The position numbers and the translations under genes were made by a program. Below the pieces are notes generated by a model. The model saw only the letters and a list, made by a program, of their open reading frames with translations. It made no database searches and had not been told where the DNA came from. From contig CAWBGA010000001.1 of the NCBI GenBank assembly GCA_963788195.1, forward strand, positions 64,001 through 128,000: DNA of 64,000 nt, in the 5' to 3' direction. This DNA is from Nitrospirota bacterium (GTDB lineage Bacteria > Nitrospirota > Nitrospiria > Nitrospirales > NS-4). Position 1 is the first letter of the stretch; each line of letters begins with the position of its first letter. Positions 1-10,503 of the stretch are shown here, in pieces.

Positions 1-134
1 TGATTTCTTAAGGCAGGGTTTGCCTTGGCGCTCTCGTAGCGCGCAATTACCCGGACGGTTGCAAATGCGTTCTATCGCCTGCGCACAAAAATGGGTACCA
101 GCGAATCCATCTCGGCCTCGTATGAAGGAATAAT

Positions 135-1067
135 TTGCTCATCCGTCGCCGACCTCTTCTTCCGTTGACCTTTCTGGCACTCCTCGGCCTTATCGGTGCT
201 GGACTGCCTGCCGCCACGTCCGCCAGTGAAATCGTTATTCTGAAGTCCGCTGATATCAGCGCCTATACTCAAGGAATCGATGGTTTCAGAACAGCCTTGG
301 GCGGCGCCGCCACAATTACTGAGTACAACATGCAAGGAGATGTGGCACGCGGCCGCAAACTGGCGAGGAAGGTACGCGTTTCCAACGCGGATCTGGTTCT
401 CGCTGTGGGGATGAAAGCCGCATTGGCCGCAAAACTGGAAATCACGGACATTCCGATTATCTATTGCATGGTGCTGAACCCTGAAAAAAACGGCCTGACG
501 GCGCCAAATATGGTCGGCATCTTACTGGACGTTCCCGTTGACCGGCAGTTCAAAGAGATGCGCTCGGTGTTGCCGGGCCTCAAGCGGCTCGGCGTCTTAT
601 ATGATCCGGAAAAGACCGGCGACCTGGTGGAAGATGCGCGTCGAGTAGCAAAGTCTTTTGGTGTCGACCTCATCACGCGCGCGGTCCATTCAGAAAAAGA
701 CGTTCCGGCGATGCTCCGTACGCTGATGCCTCAGATTGATGCGCTGTGGCTGATTCCGGATAGTACGGTTCTGACGGAGGAGTCGATAAGCTTTCTTCTC
801 ACTACGACTCTCGACTCCAATGTCCCGGTGATTGGGTTCTCATCGGAACTGGTACGAAGCGGGGCGTTGGTCGGCCTATCTGTCAATTATGAGGACATCG
901 GCCGCCAGGCGGCGATACTGGCTCGCAAGCTCTTGAGCGCACAGCTCAAAACACCCGCGAGCTTTCCCCCGGAGAAGTTCCGGCTTGCCCTCAATTTGAA
1001 GACCGGTAAATTCCTGGGGGTCCAGATTGCGGCTGATGTCCTAAACCGAGCCGACCAGTTGTATTGA
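135..1067 (+). CDS. ABC-type periplasmic substrate-binding protein (ABC_sub_bind-like), sensor-associated
   Basis: Signal peptide; motifs LGVLYDP, DALWLIPDSTV, GALVGLSVNYEDIGRQAA and LNLKT typical of the family; abuts the kinase, with no permease or ATPase adjacent. Confidence 0.8.
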   Translation: MLIRRRPLLPLTFLALLGLIGAGLPAATSASEIVILKSADISAYTQGIDGFRTALGGAATITEYNMQGDVARGRKLARKVRVSNADLVLAVGMKAALAAKLEITDIPIIYCMVLNPEKNGLTAPNMVGILLDVPVDRQFKEMRSVLPGLKRLGVLYDPEKTGDLVEDARRVAKSFGVDLITRAVHSEKDVPAMLRTLMPQIDALWLIPDSTVLTEESISFLLTTTLDSNVPVIGFSSELVRSGALVGLSVNYEDIGRQAAILARKLLSAQLKTPASFPPEKFRLALNLKTGKFLGVQIAADVLNRADQLY

Positions 1068-3353
1068 GTGAATATGAATGACGCTGTGATGGAACGTCCC
1101 AAGATCTCCAGATTTATCAGCCTGAGAACGAAATTCGTGCTGTTCATCAGTCTTATTGTTATTGCGGTCTGCTCGTCTCTCAGTTGGTACTTTATTCAGC
1201 AGCGCAGAGACCTCATGACGGAATCGTTGACCAACACCGGAAGGATCCTGGCTGAAAATCTGGCCTATAACAGCCGCAATGCCATCTTTCTTGAAGATCA
1301 AATCACACTAGGCCGCCTGATTGACGGGGTGTTGGAGGTGGATGACGTCGTCTACGTCGTCATGACGGGACCAGAAGGTAAACTCCTCGCTGCCCGAAGC
1401 AAAGGGGCTCTAATAGAGGAGAAAGAACCGGCGAGGTCGCCCGCTATTGCTGTGTATCCGGACCGGTCAGTGGCCGTGTCTCTTTTGAAGTCCGTTTCCC
1501 GGGAGAGTGTGATCACGCCGTTTATAACTGGCGGCGGGGCCACAAGAGAAATCCATATGAACCGAGGAAAGGGCGGCACCGTCACAATTCCTGTCACAAC
1601 CGACGGGACAGAAATGGTCTACGACTTCGCGATCCCGATCATGCGCCGAAGTGTCTCGTTGCCGCTGGTGCCGCCGCTCTCTTTAGACTCTGATCTTGGC
1701 GGTAAAGTTCTCGATGAGAAATCGAAGGTCTACGGGGTCGTACAAGTAGGACTGACGTCCGCAACGATGCAACGCGTTCTGGTATCGATCATCAAAAATG
1801 TCGTTCTGATCACGACACTGATCATCGTATGCGGCATTGCGGTTAGCTTTCTCCTGGCCGGGCACATCATTACGCCGCTCCGAAGACTGGCCTTTGCCGC
1901 TCGGAAGGTTGCCGAGGGGGATCTTACGGCATCTGTCCAGCCCACAAGTGAAGATGAGGTGGGCCAATTGACGCGGATCTTCAAGTCCATGATTGAGTCT
2001 TTGAAGGAACGAGACGCTGCGATCTCCGCGCATATCAATACGATCACAAAGCAGGTCCGACAGTTGACCGCGCTGAACAAGACGGGCGCGGCTATCGCTT
2101 CCACGCTGGACATCGATAAACTGCTGACGACAGTCTTGCATCTCCTTCTGGAGAACATGGGGTTTGCCAGGATGGCCCTCGTGCTCTATGACAGCGACGT
2201 GCGACGAGCGTATGGCATCAGAATCGCGGGTATCCCCGAAGAAACTGCGAACACGTTACAAAATCTGGAGTTCATCGTAGAGGATGACGGTAGCATCCAT
2301 GCCGAGCTGTTAATCCACGGCCGACCGGTGCTGGTCCCCGACATACGCGCGGTCGCACCCCGGATGCTGCCTGAGTTTCTCGCAGTCTGCCGGCAGGTGG
2401 GTGTCACTTCGTATGTCTGCGCTCCATTGAGAAGCAAGGAGCGCATTCTCGGATTTGTCGGGGCCGATCGCGCCCATCAGCCCTGCGCCCCCGAAGATCT
2501 CGAAGTCTTGACGACCATTGCCCATGACATCGCGGTGGCAATCGATAATGCGAGAGCCTACCAGCAGCTGGAGCAGCTTACGGCAACGCTGGAACAGCGC
2601 GTGCAAGGACGCACGCAGGAACTGCAGAGCGCCAACGAAAAGCTGAGAGAACTCGACCGGCTGAAGTCATCGTTTGTCTCGATGGTGTCGCACGAGCTCC
2701 GCACCCCTATGACATCGATCAAGGGATACGTGGATAATCTCCTCGATGGCGTGGCAGGCCCGTTGAACGAGAAGCCCGCCTATTATTTAAAGCGCGTCAA
2801 GCACAATGTCGAGCGCCTCACACGCATGATCAATGAGATGTTGGACCTCTCACGGATTGAGGCAGGCGCCGTGAAGTTGGCCGTCGGCGCTGTCTCGATC
2901 CCGGAATTATTGAATGACGTCGTAGAGGGGTTCCAAACGATCGCCCACGAGAAGGCACTGACCGTCAAAGCCCATGCTACGGAGGGATTACCGCATGTTC
3001 AGGGGGATCGCGACAAGCTGTACCAGGTCTTGAACAACCTGATTCAGAATGCCGTCAAGTTTACTCCGGATGGCGGCAGAATTCTTGTGGAAGCGCAGGC
3101 GGAAGATACAGGATTCATTAAAGTTGGCGTTTGCGATACTGGTTGCGGCATCGCCCCAGAGGAGCTGGGAAGGGTCTTCGAAAGATTCTACAGGGGGGAA
3201 GCCGTGGCCATTGAGAATCGAGGCGCCGGCTTGGGCCTGGCGATCACGAAGAATCTCGTCGAATTGCATCACGGACAAATCTGGGCCGAAAGTACTCCGG
3301 GCGAAGGCAGCCGGTTCTTCTTCACACTGCCCATCACTCACACCGGGGCCTAA
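1068..3353 (+). CDS. Membrane sensor histidine kinase (2TM-HAMP-GAF-HisKA-HATPase)
   Basis: Two hydrophobic segments, HAMP (PLRRL...DEVGQL), GAF (APLRSKERILGFV), H-box SHELRTP, N-box NLIQNAVKF, G-boxes DTGCGI/GAGLGL. Confidence 0.93.
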   Translation: MNMNDAVMERPKISRFISLRTKFVLFISLIVIAVCSSLSWYFIQQRRDLMTESLTNTGRILAENLAYNSRNAIFLEDQITLGRLIDGVLEVDDVVYVVMTGPEGKLLAARSKGALIEEKEPARSPAIAVYPDRSVAVSLLKSVSRESVITPFITGGGATREIHMNRGKGGTVTIPVTTDGTEMVYDFAIPIMRRSVSLPLVPPLSLDSDLGGKVLDEKSKVYGVVQVGLTSATMQRVLVSIIKNVVLITTLIIVCGIAVSFLLAGHIITPLRRLAFAARKVAEGDLTASVQPTSEDEVGQLTRIFKSMIESLKERDAAISAHINTITKQVRQLTALNKTGAAIASTLDIDKLLTTVLHLLLENMGFARMALVLYDSDVRRAYGIRIAGIPEETANTLQNLEFIVEDDGSIHAELLIHGRPVLVPDIRAVAPRMLPEFLAVCRQVGVTSYVCAPLRSKERILGFVGADRAHQPCAPEDLEVLTTIAHDIAVAIDNARAYQQLEQLTATLEQRVQGRTQELQSANEKLRELDRLKSSFVSMVSHELRTPMTSIKGYVDNLLDGVAGPLNEKPAYYLKRVKHNVERLTRMINEMLDLSRIEAGAVKLAVGAVSIPELLNDVVEGFQTIAHEKALTVKAHATEGLPHVQGDRDKLYQVLNNLIQNAVKFTPDGGRILVEAQAEDTGFIKVGVCDTGCGIAPEELGRVFERFYRGEAVAIENRGAGLGLAITKNLVELHHGQIWAESTPGEGSRFFFTLPITHTGA

Positions 3354-3488
3354 ATTCCCCGGCTTCCTTTTCCTCTCTGTCGGTGCATGCAAAGAATACC
3401 CCTGCGTGAAAATCCTTGACATGCCCACCCCGGACTCTGTATCACTCGGCTGTGGTACGTAAACCTTCCGTATAGACCCGGGGAGCGT

Positions 3489-4756
3489 ATGAGCAAACTC
3501 ATAGGAATCGCCGGCCTTGTCCTCGTGGTCCTGTTGGACTATAGCGGACTCCGGCGTTTGCCGGCGGTTTCGCGCTTAATGAAAATGGCGCTGCCGCCAC
3601 AGGAAAGGGCACGGCCTTCGCTGGGGAAGCTAACGATCCCTCGGCGATCTTTTATAACCCAGCAGGCATCACTCAGTTGCCGGGAACCCAGTTGATGATA
3701 GGCGCGGCGGTGATCAAGTTGGATTCGACGTTTCGAAGCTCCACATCGGGTGAATCCACGCAGCTTCAAGACCAGTTTCCCGTAATACCCCATATTTACT
3801 TTACCCATCGGTTTAAAGGCTGGGGTGAACGGCTCTCCGTAGGTTTCGGCATTTATACCCCCTTCGGTATCGTCATCGATTGGCCGGATAATTGGCAAGG
3901 CCGGTTTGTGACCACGAATGACCGGCTGCGGGCGACGGTTTACAATCCAACGATCGCTTTTCAAGCGACGCCGAAGCTTTCCCTTGCTGCCGGGGTTCAG
4001 GTGGCTGATGTGGCCGCCGGGTTCGAGCAAAAGTTCAACGCCGGTAATGGAGAGTCAAAGGCCCGCGTACATGGTCTGGAGGCCCACCCCATCGGGTGGA
4101 ACGTCGGAGCCCTGTACCACATCACTGAGACCACATCCGCCGGGATTCAGTTCAGGAGCGAGCTGCAGGCGAAGCTGGAAGGCGAGGCCGCATTCAGCGG
4201 ACCGGCGTCTGCCTTGTTTGACAATACGGGATTTCGAACCAGCATCAAGCTTCCACCTCGCATAGTCGCAGGCATCTCTACAAAAATCATACCGCGCTGG
4301 ACGATCAACGCGGACATTGAATGGCAGGGATGGAAGACCGTCGGCACGATCCCAAAGAGTTTCGTGCCGACGTCCTCGTCGCCGGTGAGTCAAGCGGCGT
4401 TAAATTCCCAGGGGGAACGCTTATGGGAGAACTCCATGGTCTACAAGATCGGAGCGGAGTATGCAGCCACCGACCGTCTGGCGTTGCGCGGCGGTTATTT
4501 CTACGATGAGTCTGCGATACCCGATAGTACCTTTAGCCCCCTTATCCCGACGGCAAACCTTCATGCCCTGACCACGGGTTTTGGCTACAAATGGCCGCGG
4601 TTTACTGTAGATGTCGCGTATGTCTACGGTATCTATGAAAAGCGGTCAATTGATAACGGCACGATCGACCCCGATAACCGATCCGGGCCAACCGCATTCG
4701 GATCGTATTCCTCTACGGCCCAAGTCCTGATTCTCAGCGTGACAGCCAAGTTCTAA
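3489..4756 (+). CDS. FadL/OmpP1/TodX-family outer-membrane transporter (frame broken near 3535-3550)
   Basis: Joining the frames gives a signal peptide followed by AGGFALNENGAAATGKGTAFAGEANDPSAIFYNPAG (FadL hatch/NPA motif) and a C-terminal Phe; two apparent G duplications restore VLLTIATPAFA. Confidence 0.85.
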
Positions 4757-4768
4757 GCCTACCTTATC

Positions 4769-4908
4769 GCACCCGCCCGCCCTGAAATCTGCCAAGACAG
4801 ATTTCTTTACCCCTGGCACCCGCCCGCCCTGAAATCTGCCAAGACAGATTTCTTTACCCCTGGCACCCGCCCGCCCTGAAATCTGCCAAGACAGATTTCT
4901 TTACCCCT
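4769..4908 (-). repeat. Three head-to-tail identical 47-nt hairpin/G-tract repeat units (locus A)
   Basis: gcacccgcccgccctgaaatctgccaagacagatttctttacccctg at 4769-4815, 4816-4862 and 4863-4908; internal inverted repeat GAAATCTG/CAGATTTC. Confidence 0.97.
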
Positions 4909-4919
4909 ATCCGCCATTG

Positions 4920-4940
4920 CTGTCAGGTTTTCCCTGACAG
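4920..4940. promoter_or_regulatory. Perfect palindrome CTGTCAGG-N5-CCTGACAG, candidate regulator-binding site
   Basis: 8-bp arms about 100 nt upstream of the REC-kinase/NtrC pair. Confidence 0.5.
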
Positions 4941-5038
4941 TGGATTTAACTATTACCCTTTTGCCCGCTTGGCAAGGCATGTTTTTCGCGTAATACTAGC
5001 AGGCGGAGTATGATCCTTTGCTGACGTGAGGAGGCACT

Positions 5039-6154
5039 GTGAGCAGTTCTATTCTCGTCGTCGACGATGATGCGGACATCGGCCTGCTCCTCTGCGACAG
5101 ACTGAAGGCGATGGGCCATGAGGTTCAAGCTGCCGCCGATGGGGAAGCTGCGCTTGCCGCGATCAGCCGGGACTTACCCATGTTGGTGTTTCTCGACGTT
5201 GAAATGCCGAAGATTAACGGCCTTGAGGTGCTTCGGAGAATCAGAAAGCAATGGCCGGAACTGCCTGTCATTGTCATGACTGCCTATGGCACAGTCGCCA
5301 GGGCGGTGGAGGCGATGAAAGACGGAGCGAGTGACTTCATCACCAAGCCTTTTGACATGGAGCAGTTGAGGGGCACCGTCGCCAAGGCTCTGGAACGCAA
5401 GGCGTTGAGCCGTGAAGTAGTGCGCCTGCTGGGTGACATCAGCCACGAGATCAAGAATCTTCTGATGCCGGTGGTCTGTGGAGCCGAGCTTCTGGAATCA
5501 GAAATCCATGAGTTGGTGGACCGGTTGCCGGAGATGGAGGCGGTCAAGGCGCAGGCGAGCCACAAGCTTTGCGATGAGGTCATTGCCATGCTGCGGGATA
5601 CCGCAGGACGTATTCAGGGGCGGACAAAGGAAATCGCCGATTACATGAAGGGTGTCGGGAGCGTTCCCCGGTTTGGGTCCTGTAGCATCGCCGGGGTTGT
5701 GGCTGGTGTGTTCAAGACTTTGCGACTCGTAGCGGAAGAAAAAGGCATTCTGCTCTGTGACGAAGGGCTTGATTCGCTGCCTGTGATTCGGGCCGATGAG
5801 CAACGTCTCTATACCGCGTTCTATAATCTGGTGAATAATGCGCTCGCCGAAGTGCCTGTGGGGGGCTCAGTCGTTGTTCGTGGGGAGGACCATCAGGATC
5901 GGGAGGAGCTGTGGCTGTGGGTGAGCGACACCGGGGGCGGCATGCCGCCGGAAGTTCGCGCCACACTGTTTACGATGCACACCATCAGTCTCAAGGCGGA
6001 TGGCACGGGGCTGGGCACCAGAATCGTTAAGGATGTCATCGAAGTGCACGGAGGGCAGATTTCAGTGGACAGCCAAGAAGGACGTGGGACGACCTTTTCT
6101 ATTCGTCTACCCTACAGGCCTCCGGAAATGAAAGCCGGCGAAGGTACACAATGA
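5039..6154 (+). CDS. Hybrid receiver-histidine kinase (REC-HisKA-HATPase, no sensor domain)
   Basis: ILVVDDD, LVFLDVEMP, FITKPF; SHEIKN; NLVNNA, DTGGGM, GTGLG. Confidence 0.88.
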   Translation: MSSSILVVDDDADIGLLLCDRLKAMGHEVQAAADGEAALAAISRDLPMLVFLDVEMPKINGLEVLRRIRKQWPELPVIVMTAYGTVARAVEAMKDGASDFITKPFDMEQLRGTVAKALERKALSREVVRLLGDISHEIKNLLMPVVCGAELLESEIHELVDRLPEMEAVKAQASHKLCDEVIAMLRDTAGRIQGRTKEIADYMKGVGSVPRFGSCSIAGVVAGVFKTLRLVAEEKGILLCDEGLDSLPVIRADEQRLYTAFYNLVNNALAEVPVGGSVVVRGEDHQDREELWLWVSDTGGGMPPEVRATLFTMHTISLKADGTGLGTRIVKDVIEVHGGQISVDSQEGRGTTFSIRLPYRPPEMKAGEGTQ

Positions 6155-7512
6155 GCGCTCCCGTTCTGGTCGTGGACGATGATGAGGATATTGCAACGAT
6201 CCTGTGTGATCGCTTGCGAGTCATGGGGTTCGAGACATTAAGCGCTCAAGACGGTGAGGCCGCGCTTCTGCTTCTTGAGCAGGAGCTGCCCGGTCTTGTC
6301 TTTCTTGACCTGGTCATTCCCAAAGTCAATGGCATTGACGTGTTGCGTCGTGCCCGGAAGGAATGGCCCGACCTTCCGGTCGTTGTCATGACGGCATACG
6401 GCACCATTTCCCGCGCCGTCGAGGCCATGAAAGAAGGCGCAACTGACTTCATCACGAAGCCCTTTGATGTTGATCACCTGAAGATCGTCGTTGAAAAGGC
6501 ATTGGAGCGCGGAGGCTTGAAACGTGAGGTCGCCGTGCTGCGCGCGGAGGTGGAAAGCCGTTTTGACCCACTCATCGCTTCCAGCCCGAAGATGCTGGAA
6601 GTGACAGAAATGGCGAAGAAAGTCGCGCAAAGTGATGCAACCGTTCTGCTGCTCGGCGAAAGCGGAACAGGGAAAGATCTGATGGCACGCTCGATTCATG
6701 CCTGGAGTCCTCGCCGGGATCGGATATTCTCGCCGGTGAACTGTGTGGCGCTTTCAGAAGAGCTTCTCGAGTCCGAGCTCTTCGGTCATGAAAAAGGCGC
6801 CTTCACCGGAGCCTCAGCGCAAAAGCGCGGCAAGATCGAGGTGGCTGATGGTGGCACGGTGTTCCTAGATGAAATCGGGGATATGAAACCGGGTCTTCAG
6901 GCGAAGCTCCTGCGTTTTCTGCAAAGCCGTGAGTTTGATCGTGTCGGTGGTACTCGGTCTGTAAAAGTAAATGTGCGCATCATTGCCGCCACAAACCGCG
7001 ATCTTCAAGCGGCGGTCAAGAGCGGAAGTTTTCGCTCTGACCTTTTCTTTCGCCTCAATGTGGTTCCTTTGACGCTTCCTCCCCTGCGTGAACGGACCAC
7101 CGAGATTCCTCAACTTGCCGAGCTCTTTATGAAGAAGTATTGCCGCGAGGGAAAGAAGCCCATGATGAAGCTGTCCCCGACGGTGCTCGACAGACTCACT
7201 GTGTATCATTGGCCGGGCAACGTCCGTGAGCTTCAGAACGTGATCGAGCGCGCGGTCGTGCTAAAGACCGGAGATTTGATTGAGCCCGGAGACTTGGCGC
7301 TACAGCAAATGGAGGAGGACAGGGGCACAAGCAATTCGCAGGATTTGCGGTTCCATGAATCGGTAGAGCAACATAAAAAACAGATTATTCGTCGCGCCCT
7401 GGCGCGCGCCGGCGGGAGCCAAACACAGGCGGCCGCGATGCTGGGGTTACAGCGCACCTACCTCGCGCGCCTCATCAAGCAGATGGACGTGGAGCCCGAC
7501 AGCACGCCTTGA
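6151..7512 (+). CDS. Sigma-54-dependent NtrC-family response regulator
   Basis: REC domain, GESGTGKD, ESELFGHEKGAFTGA, FLDEIG, WPGNVREL, C-terminal HTH. Confidence 0.95.
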   Translation: MSAPVLVVDDDEDIATILCDRLRVMGFETLSAQDGEAALLLLEQELPGLVFLDLVIPKVNGIDVLRRARKEWPDLPVVVMTAYGTISRAVEAMKEGATDFITKPFDVDHLKIVVEKALERGGLKREVAVLRAEVESRFDPLIASSPKMLEVTEMAKKVAQSDATVLLLGESGTGKDLMARSIHAWSPRRDRIFSPVNCVALSEELLESELFGHEKGAFTGASAQKRGKIEVADGGTVFLDEIGDMKPGLQAKLLRFLQSREFDRVGGTRSVKVNVRIIAATNRDLQAAVKSGSFRSDLFFRLNVVPLTLPPLRERTTEIPQLAELFMKKYCREGKKPMMKLSPTVLDRLTVYHWPGNVRELQNVIERAVVLKTGDLIEPGDLALQQMEEDRGTSNSQDLRFHESVEQHKKQIIRRALARAGGSQTQAAAMLGLQRTYLARLIKQMDVEPDSTP

Positions 7513-7555
7513 ATTTCCTCAGGTGAGCCTTATAATCATATTCTTGGGCTGAGAA

Positions 7556-7748
7556 CCGGGGAAAAGGAGTTTGTCTTGGCAAACTCCAGTGGCATAAAAG
7601 GGGGACAGGCTACTTTTTTTCGGTCGAAGCAAACATTTCTACCTTAGAAAAAGTAGCCTGTCCCCTTTTTCCACCACGGGCCAAAAGCCTGTCTAGGCAG
7701 GCTTGGGGCGGGTGGGTGAAATAGGATTCCAGGGTTGGGCGGGTGTAG
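7556..7748 (+). repeat. Hairpin/G-tract repeat cluster (locus B)
   Basis: GGAGTTTG-TCTTGG-CAAACTCC (7566-7587); AAGCCTG-TCTAGG-CAGGCTT-ggggcgggtggg (from 7685); orphan right half GATTCC-agggttgggcgggtg. Confidence 0.9.
7596..7670. repeat. Long inverted repeat with GGGGACAG core (REPIN/MITE-like)
   Basis: AAAAGGGGGACAGGCTACTTTTT (7596-7618) and AAAAAGTAGCCTGTCCCCTTTTT (7648-7670), 22/23 complementary, 29-nt spacer. Confidence 0.85.
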
Positions 7749-7758
7749 TGGAGGTGTA

Positions 7759-10431
7759 ATGGCTATCGATCCGGTCTGTGGCATGACGGTGGATGAACAC
7801 GACCCGGCTGCGACGACGGTGCACAACGGGACCACCTATTACTTCTGCGCGCCCGGCTGCAAACGCACCTTCGACGCTGATCCCGCCAGAGTTCTCGCGG
7901 AAGTCCCCAAGCCTATGGGAGTCATGGTCCCGGCGGCGCCGCAGATGATGATGCCGAAGCCTTCTACAGCTCGACGCACGACCGCGGATCGGGTGACGCT
8001 GATCCTTCCAATTGAGGGGATGTCGTGCGCTTCCTGCGTTGCGAAGATCGAGCAGGGGTTACGTCAACTGCCCGGCGTTATCGAAGCCGCAGTAAATCTC
8101 GCCACGGAAAAGGCCAAAGTGGAATATGAGCCGCATCGAACCACACCGACTGCGATCCAAGACAAGATCCGGAGCCTGGGGTTTACGCCAATCACTCCCG
8201 CTGTTCGGAAAGAGTTCGAGACCCTGACCATTCCGATCGAGGGCATGTCCTGCGCTTCGTGCGTTGCCAAGCTCGAGGAAGGCCTGGCCGCGGTACCGGG
8301 TGTCAAAAGAGCGGCAGTCAACCTGGCGACCGAAAAGGCGACAGTGGACTATCGACCTGTCGTGACGAGTCCTGCCGAAATCCAAGAAGCAATTCGCCGC
8401 TTGGGCTATACCCCGCTCATATCGATCGCCAATGCCGATAAGATTCCCGCGGCCGAGGACCACCAGCGGGCGGCATACCGTCGGCTTCAGGTGCGCTTCT
8501 ATGTCGCAGCGGCGCTGACCATCCCGATTATGTTACTCGGCATGGCCGATCATCTCGGGCTTCCCGTTGCACCGTCCCTGTCAGCGTGGGTGCAACTGCT
8601 GTTGACGGCGCCAATTCTATTTTGGGCCGGCCGGCAATTCTATAAGGGGGCGATCGCCGCCGCTCGCCGGGGCTCAGCCGATATGAATACCTTGATCGCG
8701 CTGGGAACCACAGCAGCCTATGGCTACAGCCTGGCCGTCACGGTCTTTCCCGCTGCCTTCACCGTGGGCGGTGCCACTCCTCCCGTTTATTTTGACTCGG
8801 CGGCGGCGATAATCACATTGATCTTACTGGGCCGGATGCTCGAAGCCCGGGCCAAAAGCCGTACGTCCCAAGCTATCACCAGCCTGCTTGGTCTTAGACC
8901 CAAGCTGGCGCACGTGATTCGTAGTGAGCAGGAACTGGAACTGCCCATAGAAGACGTCAAGGTCGGGGATGTCGTTGTGGTCCGACCAGGGGAAAGAATT
9001 CCGATGGACGGCGTTATTGACGAGGGCACCTCAACAGTGGATGAGTCGATGCTGACCGGCGAATCGATGCCGGTGGATAAACGTCCCGGCGATCCGGTGA
9101 TCGGGGGCACACTGAATCAATCGGGGAGCTTTCGGTTTGTGGCAAGCAAGGTCGGCGCCGACACGGTTTTGGCGGGGATCGTCCGGTTAGTGGAAGAGGC
9201 GCAAGGCTCGAAACCCCCGATCGCCAGGTTTGTCGATCGCGTCGCCGCGGTTTTTGTTCCCATCGTGATTGGAATCGCCTTCATCACGTTTGCGTTGTGG
9301 TTCGCCTTTGGACCGGAACCGGCCTTTTCGTGGGCGCTCCTGAACGCTGTTGCCGTCCTTATTGTCGCCTGCCCCTGTGCTCTTGGGTTAGCCACTCCGA
9401 CCTCTATTATGGTCGGGATTGGACGGGGGGCCGAAGAGGGGATTCTGTTTCGAGGCGGCGAGGCGCTTGAGGGAGCAGGTCGGGTCACGACAGTTCTTCT
9501 GGACAAGACGGGAACATTGACGCAGGGCCAACCGTCCCTGAGGGAGATCATCGCACGGGATGCTGATTGGAACAGAGAGACAATCCTTCGGCTCGCAGCC
9601 TCGGCGGAGCAACTTTCGGAACATCCCCTCGGCCAGGCGATTGTAAAGGCGGCTCGCGCCGCAGCCATGAGTCTGGAGCCTGCGAAGGAATTTAAGGCCA
9701 TTCCCGGCCATGGTGTCCAGGCTCGTGTACAGGATCATCTGGTGCGTATCGGGAATCTTCGGATGATGGTCACGGAGCGCCTCCCGCTGGGTGGATGGGA
9801 GGAAGCTGAGTCGGAGAAGTTAGCCATGGCGGGCATGATCCCGATGTTCGTGGCCGTCGATCACAAAATAGTCGGCGTCATTGCAGTTGCAGATAGTCTG
9901 AAAGAAGGGTCCCGGGACGCGGTGCAAGAGCTGAAACGGATGGGCCTTCACGTTCTCATGGTCACAGGAGACACCCACTCGAACGCGATCGCCATCGCGC
10001 GGGAGGTCGGCATTGACAGGGTACTCTCTGAAGTCCTGCCAGACGGGAAAGTCGCCGAGGTGAAACGCTTACAACGCGAAGGAAAGCGGGTCGCAATGGT
10101 GGGCGACGGCATCAACGATGCGCCCGCCCTTGCGCAAGCCGATATCGGGATTGCCATCGGCGCCGGAGCTGACATTGCAATTGAGGCGGCGGACATTACC
10201 CTGATTGGGCAGGATGTGCGCGGGATCGTCAAGGCGATCGCGCTCAGCCGCGCGACCATGATGAACATTAAGCAGAATCTTTTCTGGGCGTCGATTTATA
10301 ACATCGTGCTGATTCCCGCCGCGGCCCTCGGCTGGCTGAATCCCATTCTGGCCGCCGGTGCCATGGCCTTGTCCTCGGTGAGCGTCGTCAGCAATGCTCT
10401 GCGCCTCCGATACTTCAATAGAACATCGTAA
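7759..10431 (+). CDS. copA: Cu(I)-translocating P1B-type ATPase with N-terminal YHS and two HMA domains
   Basis: DPVCGM..YYFC..GC (YHS), two [29 protein letters not shown] and MALSS motifs; GGAGG SD before ATG 7759. Confidence 0.93.
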   Translation: MAIDPVCGMTVDEHDPAATTVHNGTTYYFCAPGCKRTFDADPARVLAEVPKPMGVMVPAAPQMMMPKPSTARRTTADRVTLILPIEGMSCASCVAKIEQGLRQLPGVIEAAVNLATEKAKVEYEPHRTTPTAIQDKIRSLGFTPITPAVRKEFETLTIPIEGMSCASCVAKLEEGLAAVPGVKRAAVNLATEKATVDYRPVVTSPAEIQEAIRRLGYTPLISIANADKIPAAEDHQRAAYRRLQVRFYVAAALTIPIMLLGMADHLGLPVAPSLSAWVQLLLTAPILFWAGRQFYKGAIAAARRGSADMNTLIALGTTAAYGYSLAVTVFPAAFTVGGATPPVYFDSAAAIITLILLGRMLEARAKSRTSQAITSLLGLRPKLAHVIRSEQELELPIEDVKVGDVVVVRPGERIPMDGVIDEGTSTVDESMLTGESMPVDKRPGDPVIGGTLNQSGSFRFVASKVGADTVLAGIVRLVEEAQGSKPPIARFVDRVAAVFVPIVIGIAFITFALWFAFGPEPAFSWALLNAVAVLIVACPCALGLATPTSIMVGIGRGAEEGILFRGGEALEGAGRVTTVLLDKTGTLTQGQPSLREIIARDADWNRETILRLAASAEQLSEHPLGQAIVKAARAAAMSLEPAKEFKAIPGHGVQARVQDHLVRIGNLRMMVTERLPLGGWEEAESEKLAMAGMIPMFVAVDHKIVGVIAVADSLKEGSRDAVQELKRMGLHVLMVTGDTHSNAIAIAREVGIDRVLSEVLPDGKVAEVKRLQREGKRVAMVGDGINDAPALAQADIGIAIGAGADIAIEAADITLIGQDVRGIVKAIALSRATMMNIKQNLFWASIYNIVLIPAAALGWLNPILAAGAMALSSVSVVSNALRLRYFNRTS

Positions 10432-10434
10432 ATA

Positions 10435-10462
10435 TTTACACTTCCATTAATTGCAGTATAAT
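10435..10462 (+). promoter_or_regulatory. Sigma70-type promoter TTTACA-N16-TATAAT
   Basis: Near-consensus hexamers directly upstream of the paralog triplet. Confidence 0.6.
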
Positions 10463-10503
10463 GCTATAACGCATTGTAGCACCGGAGAAGTGTCTCAGGC
10501 GTT

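Noticed and set aside
4769..4908. CRISPR array
   Set aside because: Repeats are contiguous with no unique spacers, and there are no cas genes in the window.
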